Shown piece by piece: positions 28,950 to 38,232 of a DNA stretch of 64,000 nucleotides. Position 1 is the stretch's first letter, and each line of letters begins with the position of its first letter. The notes under the pieces were generated by a model. That model searched no databases. It was not told the origin of the DNA and saw only the letters and a program-made list of their open reading frames with translations. Origin of the DNA: Bacteroidota bacterium. GTDB taxonomy: Bacteria; Bacteroidota; Bacteroidia; AKYH767-A; OLB10. The translations under genes were made by a program, and so were the position numbers. The stretch is taken from NCBI GenBank assembly GCA_025352785.1, contig JANXSD010000149.1:14582-78581 (forward strand). The letters run 5' to 3'.

Positions 28950-30182
28950 ATGGCCGACTTGAACGTAACTGGAGTTCCAACATTAGCTGAATTATTTGTA
29001 AAGAAGTTGCAATTGCATTGGCTGTTGCAGATTACTAAGGCTATAAATTATGATCTCCCAGCATCACAGTTGTATGAGATTTATGAGGCGGTAATGCGCG
29101 ATCAGCTAAAGGTTAAACGACTTGTTTTGTATATCCACGAAGTTAACTGGAATGAAATGTTGATTTATGGTACGCCAGAAGGCTTTAAGTTTTTAAATCC
29201 AGATATCCGTTTTGAAGAATTAAATTCCATGCAAAGTAACGGTCTTAGTATGCCTTCTTGGGTGGAAGGATTCGAAAGTATCATTCCTGTTTATCATAAT
29301 AATAGAGCACTTGCGTATGCTTTTATCGGCGATTTGCAACATGAGGAAATAAATAATCTCAAAGAAATTCTTCCGTTCATACATACGATTACAAATATCA
29401 TTGTAGTTGCAATAGAAAATAAACGTCTTACAAAAGATACCATTCAGCAAGCACAAATGCAACGTGAATTGGAACTAGCTGCACGTATGCAGAATATGCT
29501 TTTCCCTGCTCATCTACCATTAAATAAGCAAATAGATTTAGCTGCTACTTATCTTCCTCATCAACAAGTAGGAGGTGACTATTACGATTACATTGAGTTG
29601 AACGACGATGAGTTGATGATCTGCTTAGCAGATGTTTCTGGCAAAGGGATTTCTGCTGCCTTGTTGATGTCGAATTTCCAAGCAAATTTAAATGCAAAAG
29701 CTCAAGTGTTTAAATCACTTCCTGAATTAGTGATTGAATTAAATTCGAGTGTCAATAAAAGTGCGAAGGGTGAAAAATTTATTACAGTTTTTCTTGCAAT
29801 TTTAAATACGAAAACGCATATCATTCATTATGTAAATGCTGGTCATAATCCACCATTTATTTTTGATAAAGATCAGTTTGTAATGCTCGATACTGGAACT
29901 ACGGGACTTGGAATGTTTGAGGAGTTGCCTTTCATCCACGAAGGCATGGCCTATCTACATCCAGGTGCAACATTGTTTTGTTATACCGATGGAGTTGTAG
30001 AACAGGAAAATGAGAAAGGTGATATTTTTGGGATGGAGGTATTGATGGACGAAATTAGAAATAATGCAGATGTTTTTACAATGAAAGATTTGCATTTTCG
30101 TGTACTTGATGCATTCTATGCCTTTCGAAAAAATACAGAACCTATTGATGATGTAACTTTATTAAGTTGCCGATTACTTTGA
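28950..30182 (+). CDS. GAF-like N-terminal domain fused to a PP2C-type (SpoIIE/RsbU-like) serine phosphatase
   Basis: The C-terminal half carries DVSGKGISAALLMS, NAGHNPP and YTDGV, as in SpoIIE/RsbU phosphatases. Confidence 0.75.
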   Translation: MADLNVTGVPTLAELFVKKLQLHWLLQITKAINYDLPASQLYEIYEAVMRDQLKVKRLVLYIHEVNWNEMLIYGTPEGFKFLNPDIRFEELNSMQSNGLSMPSWVEGFESIIPVYHNNRALAYAFIGDLQHEEINNLKEILPFIHTITNIIVVAIENKRLTKDTIQQAQMQRELELAARMQNMLFPAHLPLNKQIDLAATYLPHQQVGGDYYDYIELNDDELMICLADVSGKGISAALLMSNFQANLNAKAQVFKSLPELVIELNSSVNKSAKGEKFITVFLAILNTKTHIIHYVNAGHNPPFIFDKDQFVMLDTGTTGLGMFEELPFIHEGMAYLHPGATLFCYTDGVVEQENEKGDIFGMEVLMDEIRNNADVFTMKDLHFRVLDAFYAFRKNTEPIDDVTLLSCRLL

Positions 30183-31640
30183 TAAATCTTTTACTTGATG
30201 TTTACTGTGGTAAATTTCAAGTGCAACGAGTGCCGATAAAAACCCCCAAAAAGGAACTGATATTTTTTCCGTATCCAAAAAGTAATTTAATGTTCCTTGA
30301 AACCAATACGTAATTAATCCCAATAATAATCCTTTTGCTAAAATGCGTACGCTTTTGTCTTCACAAGTCTTAATAAATCTTGAAGCGTGTTGAATCGCTA
30401 CTGCACCAATTAAAATAAATAAAATCGGACCTAAAATACCTTGCTCTGATAATGGCCCTAGGTATTCGCTATGTGATCCACCTCCAGTACCATTGTTGGT
30501 ACTAATGCGTGATTTTTCACTGTCCTTTTGGTAAGGAGCATATCGAAACATATAAGTTCCTGGTCCGAATCCTAACAATGGTTTTGATTCAAACATACGT
30601 AATGCAGAAGCCCATCTATTCAACCGTTCTATATTGGAATCATCAGTAGAAATATTTCCTATCGATTGAACATGCGATGCATAATCTGTTGACGAGACTT
30701 TAGTATTGTGTCCTAAGTACATGGTGATATCCGTACTGTACGCAAATGATAGAAGAACCACTATAACTAATCCAGAATACACAAAAAAACCTTTTAAACG
30801 AAATAGTAATATTAGAAAACAGCCAAAGGCGCCTATCAGCCCAACCCAAGAAGCTCTGGTATATGACATCACAATTGCTGTAAGTAGAATTAGTAAAACT
30901 ACCAATAGAAGTAATCTGTTTTTGAGAGTTTTTTTGCTATCTGTGATCATAGCAAATAATACAGGAATAAAAAAACTAATTGCTGCACCATACGCTGTAT
31001 GATCATTGTAAAACGGGGTCATTGCAGTATGTGCTGCATCTTCGGTAAGGCCTGCCGCAAACTGATTGTATAGTGTATAAATAATAATTATTATAAGCGG
31101 AATAATATACATCCATAAAAATTTAGAGATGTTTTCATATCTAGAAAAAATATAGAGAAACATAAAGTAAAATACACTTACATAAGTAAATCGTGCAAGC
31201 GTTGATTTAAGTGAAACAATAAATAGTGTACTAGTAAATGTTGTGATCACAAACCAACCGAGATGGATTAAAACCATGATCGTAACTGGATGTTTGAGAA
31301 CACGACGATCAAGTCCACCTTCAGCAAATACTTTCAACCAAAATAAAATAAATAGTCCAAACATTAATGGTTCAGAGGGCAAACTAACGCCAATGCCTAA
31401 TCCAGTTTCCGATAAATTTAAGGAGAGTGGTGTTACTAATACAGCCAAAAACGCTATCGTATCCAATCGGAATATGCAAATTAATAAAACCACAAAAACA
31501 AGTGGAATTTCCGGCGCCAAATCATACCCTTTCACCATCGACCAACCTAAGAAAATCCCATAAATTGCGGTAATAAAATAAAACCACATCACCTGATTTT
31601 TATCAAGTGTCTTAATGGAAGATGTTAAATTGTTTGACAA
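30174..31640 (-). CDS. O-antigen ligase / Wzy-like polytopic membrane protein
   Basis: 488 aa, at least 10 transmembrane helices with a large periplasmic loop (SYTRASWVGLIGAF). Confidence 0.5.
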   Translation of the reverse strand: MSNNLTSSIKTLDKNQVMWFYFITAIYGIFLGWSMVKGYDLAPEIPLVFVVLLICIFRLDTIAFLAVLVTPLSLNLSETGLGIGVSLPSEPLMFGLFILFWLKVFAEGGLDRRVLKHPVTIMVLIHLGWFVITTFTSTLFIVSLKSTLARFTYVSVFYFMFLYIFSRYENISKFLWMYIIPLIIIIIYTLYNQFAAGLTEDAAHTAMTPFYNDHTAYGAAISFFIPVLFAMITDSKKTLKNRLLLLVVLLILLTAIVMSYTRASWVGLIGAFGCFLILLFRLKGFFVYSGLVIVVLLSFAYSTDITMYLGHNTKVSSTDYASHVQSIGNISTDDSNIERLNRWASALRMFESKPLLGFGPGTYMFRYAPYQKDSEKSRISTNNGTGGGSHSEYLGPLSEQGILGPILFILIGAVAIQHASRFIKTCEDKSVRILAKGLLLGLITYWFQGTLNYFLDTEKISVPFWGFLSALVALEIYHSKHQVKDLSK

Positions 31641-31649
31641 AACCTTTAA

Positions 31650-32633
31650 CTAATTAATGTCCTTTAAAGCATCATGCAATTTCTCTTTCATTTGCTCCTG
31701 ATATAAAATCACAAGCAGAGCAAGAAATAATGTAGACAAAATAAAAGTGATTATAACGACAGCTCTTTTAGGAGAGTCTTTCTTTTCTGGAACAGTGGGC
31801 TTCGTAACAGTATTATGAACTTGTAATTTTTTCGAAAGATCTTGAACAATTACATCGTATTTAATTTTGTATTCGTTATACGCATTCAAATTTTTGTTGA
31901 ACTTTTCTCTTAAAGAAACATACTCACTACCTTTCTCTTGCAAGTTTATTCTTGTTTGTTCCATTTTTGTGTTGGCACCGCCACTTCCAAGAACTTTATA
32001 ATATTCTCTAGAAAAACCAGTAACCTGATTTTCGAAATCGGTAATTCCATAATCTACTCGAAGTTTGGTGATCGCAGCACCTAAAGTATCTAATTGATTT
32101 TGTTTGTCGTCTAACATAGATTTCGCAATCACCAATTGCTCTTCTGCTCTGCTTCGAATTATTGAAACTGCTTTTAAATCTGTAAAATGAATTAATGCAT
32201 CACAAATTTTCGCCGCAGTGTCCGGATTGTAATCTACTACTTGAACATCGATAGATTCATATTCTGTTCGTCTAATGGAAATATTTTCATCCAATTGCTT
32301 CATCATTTCAAAACGAGGGTATGCTCCTGAAGTGTCAATAGCATAATGTCGATAAAGGTTGAATTTAGTAATCAGGCTATCTTTAACATCTTCAGAATTC
32401 AAAAGCTGGATTAACTGCTCCGTTGGTGTTTCTTTCGAATAAGGCTGAATATTATCTGGATAAATAACCGCATAAGCTTTATACATTGGCTTCATGAAAA
32501 CAGGAAGCGAAATAATATAAGAAAATATTGCTGATCCAATAAATACATACAGTAACTGTTTACGCCATTTCTTAATGATTTGAAGTAGACGAATACTATT
32601 CAGTTGATCAGTTGCCTGTCCGGTATTTGACAT
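31650..32633 (-). CDS. Wzz-like polysaccharide chain-length determinant protein
   Basis: Transmembrane helix near each terminus with a coiled-coil periplasmic domain; 327 aa. Confidence 0.55.
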   Translation of the reverse strand: MSNTGQATDQLNSIRLLQIIKKWRKQLLYVFIGSAIFSYIISLPVFMKPMYKAYAVIYPDNIQPYSKETPTEQLIQLLNSEDVKDSLITKFNLYRHYAIDTSGAYPRFEMMKQLDENISIRRTEYESIDVQVVDYNPDTAAKICDALIHFTDLKAVSIIRSRAEEQLVIAKSMLDDKQNQLDTLGAAITKLRVDYGITDFENQVTGFSREYYKVLGSGGANTKMEQTRINLQEKGSEYVSLREKFNKNLNAYNEYKIKYDVIVQDLSKKLQVHNTVTKPTVPEKKDSPKRAVVIITFILSTLFLALLVILYQEQMKEKLHDALKDIN

Positions 32634-32701
32634 GTTAAAGGTTGATTTGTCTTTTAGAGAGGCGCAAAAATAGCCGAAAATACCTTAGTACCTAAACCGT
32701 T

Positions 32702-34147
32702 TTATTCAGTATCTGCTTTTACTAGGCGAATTATTTCCCTAGGTTTGATAAGTAAGAGAGCTAAGGCTAATCCGACACAGGCAATTCCTCCTATTAAGAT
32801 AGAAGTAATCCAATGTGTTGATGATTGATGTAAGAAGTAGAAAGTAGTTAAGCAAAGTGATAAAAATAATAAATATCGTAAGGCTAATTTCCATTGAAAA
32901 TCAAGTTTAAACACAAAATGCGCAAGGATAATTTGCAATCCAGCAGTGATATATTGGGTGATGAGACTGGAAAAAGCAGCTCCTTTTGCTTGAAAACGAG
33001 GAATCAAATAAAGATTCAATCCGATATTTAAGAGCATTCCCGAAGTTGCAACGATATTGAGATATTTAAGATTCCCATTAGCTGTTAAGAGGGTTCCGAA
33101 GATATAAACTGAGCTAATAGCTAAAAAGCAACTCATAATCATCTTGAAAACCAAAGCAGATTGTTCAACATGTTGATGATAAAGAAGCGTCATTATTTCA
33201 TTACTATTGAAAAAACAGAGCGACATTACAATCATTGCGGGAACTGCTATCAGTGAAAACGATAATTCTACTAATTCAAAAAGGGATTGCTTTTTCTTAA
33301 TCATGTGGGAAAACATAGGTAACAGCAAACCAGAAAATAAATAGGCAATCATGTTGGAAGCATCTAACAATCGATAAGCTTGAGCATAAACTCCAGCTTG
33401 TTCAGCACCATTGGGTAGTAATCGCTCCAACATCACAGAGTCAATACGATTATAAAAGGTCATTAATAAAATTAAAATCGCATATGGATAACTTTGTTTG
33501 AGAATCACCATGAAAAATTGAGGATTCCAACTTAAGCGATTTAATTTTGCTTTTGAAGCCACCAAAATGAATGTTATTATCGCAGAAATAACATAAGCAG
33601 ATGTTTGTGCCCAAATAAACCATTCAATTTTAAATGGAGTATGCATACAATTTCCCCACAATAGAATGCTACAAATAACGATCATAATGAGACGATCTAA
33701 AACAGATATTATACTATCTGTTTTAAACAATTGTAAACCAGCAATATTTGATCTAAGGTATAAAATAAACGATATAAGTGCTTGGTTTATAAGCATTACA
33801 CCAAGCATCCATAACTGACCGCCTTTATACCCAAGTAGAAGTGCGATGGAAATGCTCACCACAAAATAAACTATTGAAAGCATCATCCTTAAAAAAATAA
33901 TTCCTGAAAGATGTTTGTTAAGAAGGTGATTGTGTTGGGCAATATTCCGATTATTGAAATTGGTTATGCCTACATCCAGAAGTATGTTAAAGAGAAACGA
34001 AAAGTTGAAAAGTGCGGCGTAAAGCCCATAAGATTCAGCTCCTACGGTATTTTGTACAGCTCTATCAATTCCTAATATCCAGAATGGTTTGATCAGGAGA
34101 TTAAGAAATAGAAGGAAAGCTAAGTTGGTGATAAATTTTCGCTGCAT
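32702..34147 (-). CDS. Wzx-like polysaccharide/oligosaccharide flippase (MOP superfamily)
   Basis: About 12-14 transmembrane helices; 481 aa from the internal ATG at 34145-34147. The ORF-track start at 34216 would overlap the divergent rnhB gene. Confidence 0.6.
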   Translation of the reverse strand: MQRKFITNLAFLLFLNLLIKPFWILGIDRAVQNTVGAESYGLYAALFNFSFLFNILLDVGITNFNNRNIAQHNHLLNKHLSGIIFLRMMLSIVYFVVSISIALLLGYKGGQLWMLGVMLINQALISFILYLRSNIAGLQLFKTDSIISVLDRLIMIVICSILLWGNCMHTPFKIEWFIWAQTSAYVISAIITFILVASKAKLNRLSWNPQFFMVILKQSYPYAILILLMTFYNRIDSVMLERLLPNGAEQAGVYAQAYRLLDASNMIAYLFSGLLLPMFSHMIKKKQSLFELVELSFSLIAVPAMIVMSLCFFNSNEIMTLLYHQHVEQSALVFKMIMSCFLAISSVYIFGTLLTANGNLKYLNIVATSGMLLNIGLNLYLIPRFQAKGAAFSSLITQYITAGLQIILAHFVFKLDFQWKLALRYLLFLSLCLTTFYFLHQSSTHWITSILIGGIACVGLALALLLIKPREIIRLVKADTE

Positions 34148-34204
34148 CTCTTTTATTGACCGCAAAAATACATCAATTTTATAGTCATCAATCCAAATAA
34201 TGAA

Positions 34205-34810
34205 ATGCTGGATCAATATTATAATCGGGAAGTACTAGAAGCGGGTGTCGATGAAGCTGGAAGAGGTTGTTTAGCAGGTCCAGTTGTTGCAGCAGCAGTG
34301 ATTCTTCGACCTGGAATTGAATTGAATTGGTATGAAGTATTGAACGACTCCAAACAATTACCTGAACTTTTAAGAGAAAGTTTGCGGACATTAATTGAAA
34401 GAGATTCTTTAGCGTGGGCGGTAGGGATGGTGATGCCAGATGAAATTGATGAAATAAATATTTTGAATGCTACCTATAAAGCGATGCATATTGCGATTCA
34501 AAAACTTTCTCCAGAGCCTGAATTTCTAATTATTGATGGTAATCGTTTTCGAAAATACCGCGACATTTCACATAATTGTATCATAAAAGGTGATGGAATT
34601 TATTTGTCGATTGCAGCAGCTTCTGTCTTAGCAAAAACACATCGTGATATGTACATGCGTCAGTTACATGTTGAGTTTCCACAATACGGTTGGGATAGAA
34701 ATAAAGCGTATGGAACAGTTGCTCATGTAAATGCTATGAAACAATTCGGATTAAGTCCCCATCATCGAAAAAGTTTTCAATTAAAAGAGAGTCAGATGAA
34801 ATTATTTTGA
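34205..34810 (+). CDS. rnhB: Ribonuclease HII
   Basis: Motifs GVDEAGRGCLAGPVV and DSKQL; 201 aa. Confidence 0.9.
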   Translation: MLDQYYNREVLEAGVDEAGRGCLAGPVVAAAVILRPGIELNWYEVLNDSKQLPELLRESLRTLIERDSLAWAVGMVMPDEIDEINILNATYKAMHIAIQKLSPEPEFLIIDGNRFRKYRDISHNCIIKGDGIYLSIAAASVLAKTHRDMYMRQLHVEFPQYGWDRNKAYGTVAHVNAMKQFGLSPHHRKSFQLKESQMKLF

Positions 34811-34814
34811 AAAT

Positions 34815-35516
34815 TTAAGGTTGTATTGTTTTGTAAAATAGTAAAGACGTACAATCTTCATTTACTCCTTTTTTGATTACTGCCATTTTTAACTTGCGAT
34901 TTTCATCATATACATAAGATACAGTTTCTTCTAATATAGGTAACGCATTTACCATTGAAAGAATCCATGTCTCCATATTCGTTTTTAAACCGTTATTATA
35001 AGTGTATTTTTGGGTTATGCAATTTTGTGAATTATAACAAATGGTATTCGCTAATTCAATATTAAAATCATCTTTTAATATCCGTTGAATATATTTCGGA
35101 TGAACAGTATTTGGGTCGTACCGATGAATAATTGTTAACTTAGTAATTGAATCCTTTTCAATTGTATTCGTAAACAATAATTTGTAGTTATCGTCAAAGG
35201 ATGAATCCGAATACCATTCGTTTTTATTGTCATAATAATTAATTGTATAACTGATAAATCGACCAGCTTTATCAAAATAGTTTTTTCGAATTAATTGAGA
35301 ATTAATTCCATAGATAAATGTAGTGGAAGAAGCAATTGAATCGATTTCATAAATGCAAATCATTAATCCATTTGAATCATAGATCTCAGTTTTTATTGTG
35401 TCACAGTTTAGTTGTTTACAATCACAGTGTATTTGATAATGGATAGCAAAATATTGACCGTACGTTTTAGTATTGATACTGATGGTTACTAGGAATAACA
35501 ATAAAAAAATTCTCAT
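34815..35516 (-). CDS. Hypothetical secreted protein, N/Y/I-rich
   Basis: Signal peptide MRIFLLLFLVTISINTKTYGQ, no recognisable domains, AT-rich codon usage. Confidence 0.35.
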   Translation of the reverse strand: MRIFLLLFLVTISINTKTYGQYFAIHYQIHCDCKQLNCDTIKTEIYDSNGLMICIYEIDSIASSTTFIYGINSQLIRKNYFDKAGRFISYTINYYDNKNEWYSDSSFDDNYKLLFTNTIEKDSITKLTIIHRYDPNTVHPKYIQRILKDDFNIELANTICYNSQNCITQKYTYNNGLKTNMETWILSMVNALPILEETVSYVYDENRKLKMAVIKKGVNEDCTSLLFYKTIQP

Positions 35517-35518
35517 AT

Positions 35519-36094
35519 TTATTTTTTTATTGCACTTAGATAAAATTCTTTTGCAAGCATTAAAAGTGAATCAGGATATTGCAGTTTTACATAATACAAA
35601 TTGAGACCTTCATGTTTTGATACTGTCCATTTTTCAAAATACAACCATCGTCGATCGTTTATTCGTAAACTATCGTTGTAACCTTTTAATGAATCAATAT
35701 TTATTTCAGTAATCTGATTTTCTTCAACCGAAAAAGAATATTTTAAGGGCAGTGCATGCAGCTTTAAGTATTGATTAAATGAATTCGTATTTTTACTATA
35801 AATTAAAATTTTATTATTTATGGTGATTAAAGAATCAATAATTATTTTCGATTTTAAGCTAGCTCTCTTTTTAAGATAACTAAAAAAATCAATTTTATTC
35901 TTTATACTATTGTTGTAATTGAATTTTATTTTAATCGAATCACTACAAAATTTTGCCGCTTCATCAGTTTTTCCTTCGTTTAAAGAATTGATAAATGATT
36001 TGCATAAGTCATTATTATTATCAGTTAAATAAGCTGAACAAATAATTAATATGCTTATCCAAAATATTGCAATGATTAGTGATGTTTTTTTCAT
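35519..36094 (-). CDS. Hypothetical membrane-anchored or secreted protein (DUF4878-like N-terminus?)
   Basis: The internal ATG gives MKKTSLIIAIFWISILIICSAY... The segment CKSFINSLNEGKTDEAAKFCSDSIKIKF resembles the 62005 lipoprotein. Confidence 0.35.
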   Translation of the reverse strand: MKKTSLIIAIFWISILIICSAYLTDNNNDLCKSFINSLNEGKTDEAAKFCSDSIKIKFNYNNSIKNKIDFFSYLKKRASLKSKIIIDSLITINNKILIYSKNTNSFNQYLKLHALPLKYSFSVEENQITEINIDSLKGYNDSLRINDRRWLYFEKWTVSKHEGLNLYYVKLQYPDSLLMLAKEFYLSAIKK

Positions 36095-36214
36095 TAGATT
36101 GAATGTGGAATTAATATTAAAAGTAATTGACTCGTGATTTCCCAAAGATCATAAAAATAGTAATAAATATATCTGTGAAAAATGGTAAGGAATAGGAGAT
36201 ATTAACTTAAATTT

Positions 36215-36796
36215 TCAGGTATTTTGAATCGTCAACTTCATTTTTATAGAAACGCCTTTATAGTCATTCATTTTCTCGAATAAGGTTTCTAAGTTTGAAG
36301 CATCAAGCAACATATTCCTAAATTCTGGCTTTAAGAATCCATGATCTCTCATGCTATTCGATAACATAAGTAAAGCATCATAATAATTATTGTAATTTAA
36401 AATGCCTGTAGGTTTTTGATGCAGTCCTAGTTGAGCCCATGTAAGCATTTCAAAGAGTTCTTCCATCGTGCCAAATCCTCCCGGCAAAGCAATTACTGCG
36501 TCAGAAAGTTGATGCATAATAAGTTTACGTTCATGCATAGTCTTAACCATGATGAGTTCAGATAAATTCTCATGTGCGATTTCACTTCCGCTCATAAATT
36601 CTGGAAGTACTCCAATTACCTTTCCTTGTAATGAAAGAGCACCATCAGCTACAGCTCCCATCAGTCCGATTTTCGCACCTCCATAAACAACAGTTATATT
36701 GTTTTTTGCAAGAAAGGCTCCAGTTTGATACGCTAATTCCATAAAGCTAGGATCAATTCCAGTTCCTGAACCACAATAAACTACAATACTTTTCAT
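36215..36796 (-). CDS. LOG-family (TIGR00730) cytokinin riboside 5'-monophosphate phosphoribohydrolase-like protein
   Basis: Motifs VYCGSGTG, VVYGGAKIGLMGAVADGA and LPGGFGTMEELFE. Confidence 0.85.
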   Translation of the reverse strand: MKSIVVYCGSGTGIDPSFMELAYQTGAFLAKNNITVVYGGAKIGLMGAVADGALSLQGKVIGVLPEFMSGSEIAHENLSELIMVKTMHERKLIMHQLSDAVIALPGGFGTMEELFEMLTWAQLGLHQKPTGILNYNNYYDALLMLSNSMRDHGFLKPEFRNMLLDASNLETLFEKMNDYKGVSIKMKLTIQNT

Positions 36797-36972
36797 ATCA
36801 CTTTATTTAGTTTTATTTAAATTCCAATGATTCTAAAATAATTAATTCGTCAATTGAATTGATGAATTCTGAGTGCTAATTTAGGATTAATGTTTGTTAT
36901 CAAAAGAATGAAAAAATAAATCCATTTTATTTTATTCATTCATTTTGGTATTGATCAATTATCTTTGCACTT

Positions 36973-38208
36973 ATGATTGATTCAGGAAAATTAGCAATAA
37001 AAAATTTTACTTATATACTTCCAGATGAATATATCGCACAGTTTCCATTAAGCAATCGTTCGAATGCTAAATTATTAGTTTTTGATGTAAATCGTAAGAT
37101 TCAACATCATATTTTTAGTGCAATTCCATCATTAATTCCTGAAGGCTCGTTGGTTATCATGAATAATACTAAAGTAATTCAAGCCAGACTTTTATTTCAT
37201 AAATCAACTGGAGCTAAAATTGAAGTCTTTTGTTTGGAACCGTATAAAAATTTACCGATAGAAGAAGCTTTCCAAACAAAAGGTAATGTGCAATGGAAAT
37301 GTATGATTGGGAATGCAAAAAAATGGAAAGAAGAAGAATTAATTTTTTCTTTTGAATTCAATAACATACAAGGAAATCTTAAAGCAAAAAGAGTAGGGGA
37401 GAGCAATGATTTAACAGTTGTGCAATTTGATTGGTTGCCAAGTGACATTGCTTTTTCGGAAGTGCTTTCACATTCTGGATTGATACCACTTCCTCCTTAT
37501 ATGAATCGTGCTGCAAACGATACAGATATAGAAACGTATAATACTGTTTATGCAAAAAATGATGGATCTGTAGCTGCACCTACATCAGGATTGCACTTTA
37601 CTACAGAAGTTTTAAAGCAATTGGAAGATAATAATTGCAAAATGGATTTTGTCACGCTTCATGTCGGTGCTGGAACTTTTAAGCCAGTAAAGGCAGCAAC
37701 GATGGCTGATCATATTATGCATGAAGAACAGATTTCTATTTCTTTGGAAACAATTACGCACATCAAAGAGACGATCGGTATTTCTAAAATTATTGCAGTG
37801 GGGACAACAACAACTCGAACGATTGAAAGTGTTTATTGGCATTCAATACTACTAATGAAAAATGAAATTGCTACTTGCGTAATTAATATTGATCAGTGGT
37901 TGCCGTATAAATATAAAAATGATGAATTGCCATCCGCAAAGGAGGCATTTATTTATTTGTGTAACTGGATGATTGAAAATAAATTCAATAATTTATATGG
38001 AACAACAAAAATAATAATTGCACCTGGTTATAAGTTTAGAATGATAGATGCTTTGATAACTAATTTTCATCAACCTAAGAGTACATTGTTGTTGTTGGTA
38101 GCTGCGTTAATTGGGGATGATTGGAGAAAAGTATATGCAACAGCATTAAAAGAAAAATATCGATTTCTAAGTTATGGTGATAGTTCTCTACTTTATAAAC
38201 CAGAATAA
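36973..38208 (+). CDS. queA: S-adenosylmethionine:tRNA ribosyltransferase-isomerase
   Basis: Motifs YILPDEYIAQFPL..R..AKLLV, GLHFT and VGTTTTR. 411 aa, so some insertions relative to the E. coli enzyme. Confidence 0.8.
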   Translation: MIDSGKLAIKNFTYILPDEYIAQFPLSNRSNAKLLVFDVNRKIQHHIFSAIPSLIPEGSLVIMNNTKVIQARLLFHKSTGAKIEVFCLEPYKNLPIEEAFQTKGNVQWKCMIGNAKKWKEEELIFSFEFNNIQGNLKAKRVGESNDLTVVQFDWLPSDIAFSEVLSHSGLIPLPPYMNRAANDTDIETYNTVYAKNDGSVAAPTSGLHFTTEVLKQLEDNNCKMDFVTLHVGAGTFKPVKAATMADHIMHEEQISISLETITHIKETIGISKIIAVGTTTTRTIESVYWHSILLMKNEIATCVINIDQWLPYKYKNDELPSAKEAFIYLCNWMIENKFNNLYGTTKIIIAPGYKFRMIDALITNFHQPKSTLLLLVAALIGDDWRKVYATALKEKYRFLSYGDSSLLYKPE

Positions 38209-38232
38209 TTTATTTGTGACAGCTTTATAAAA

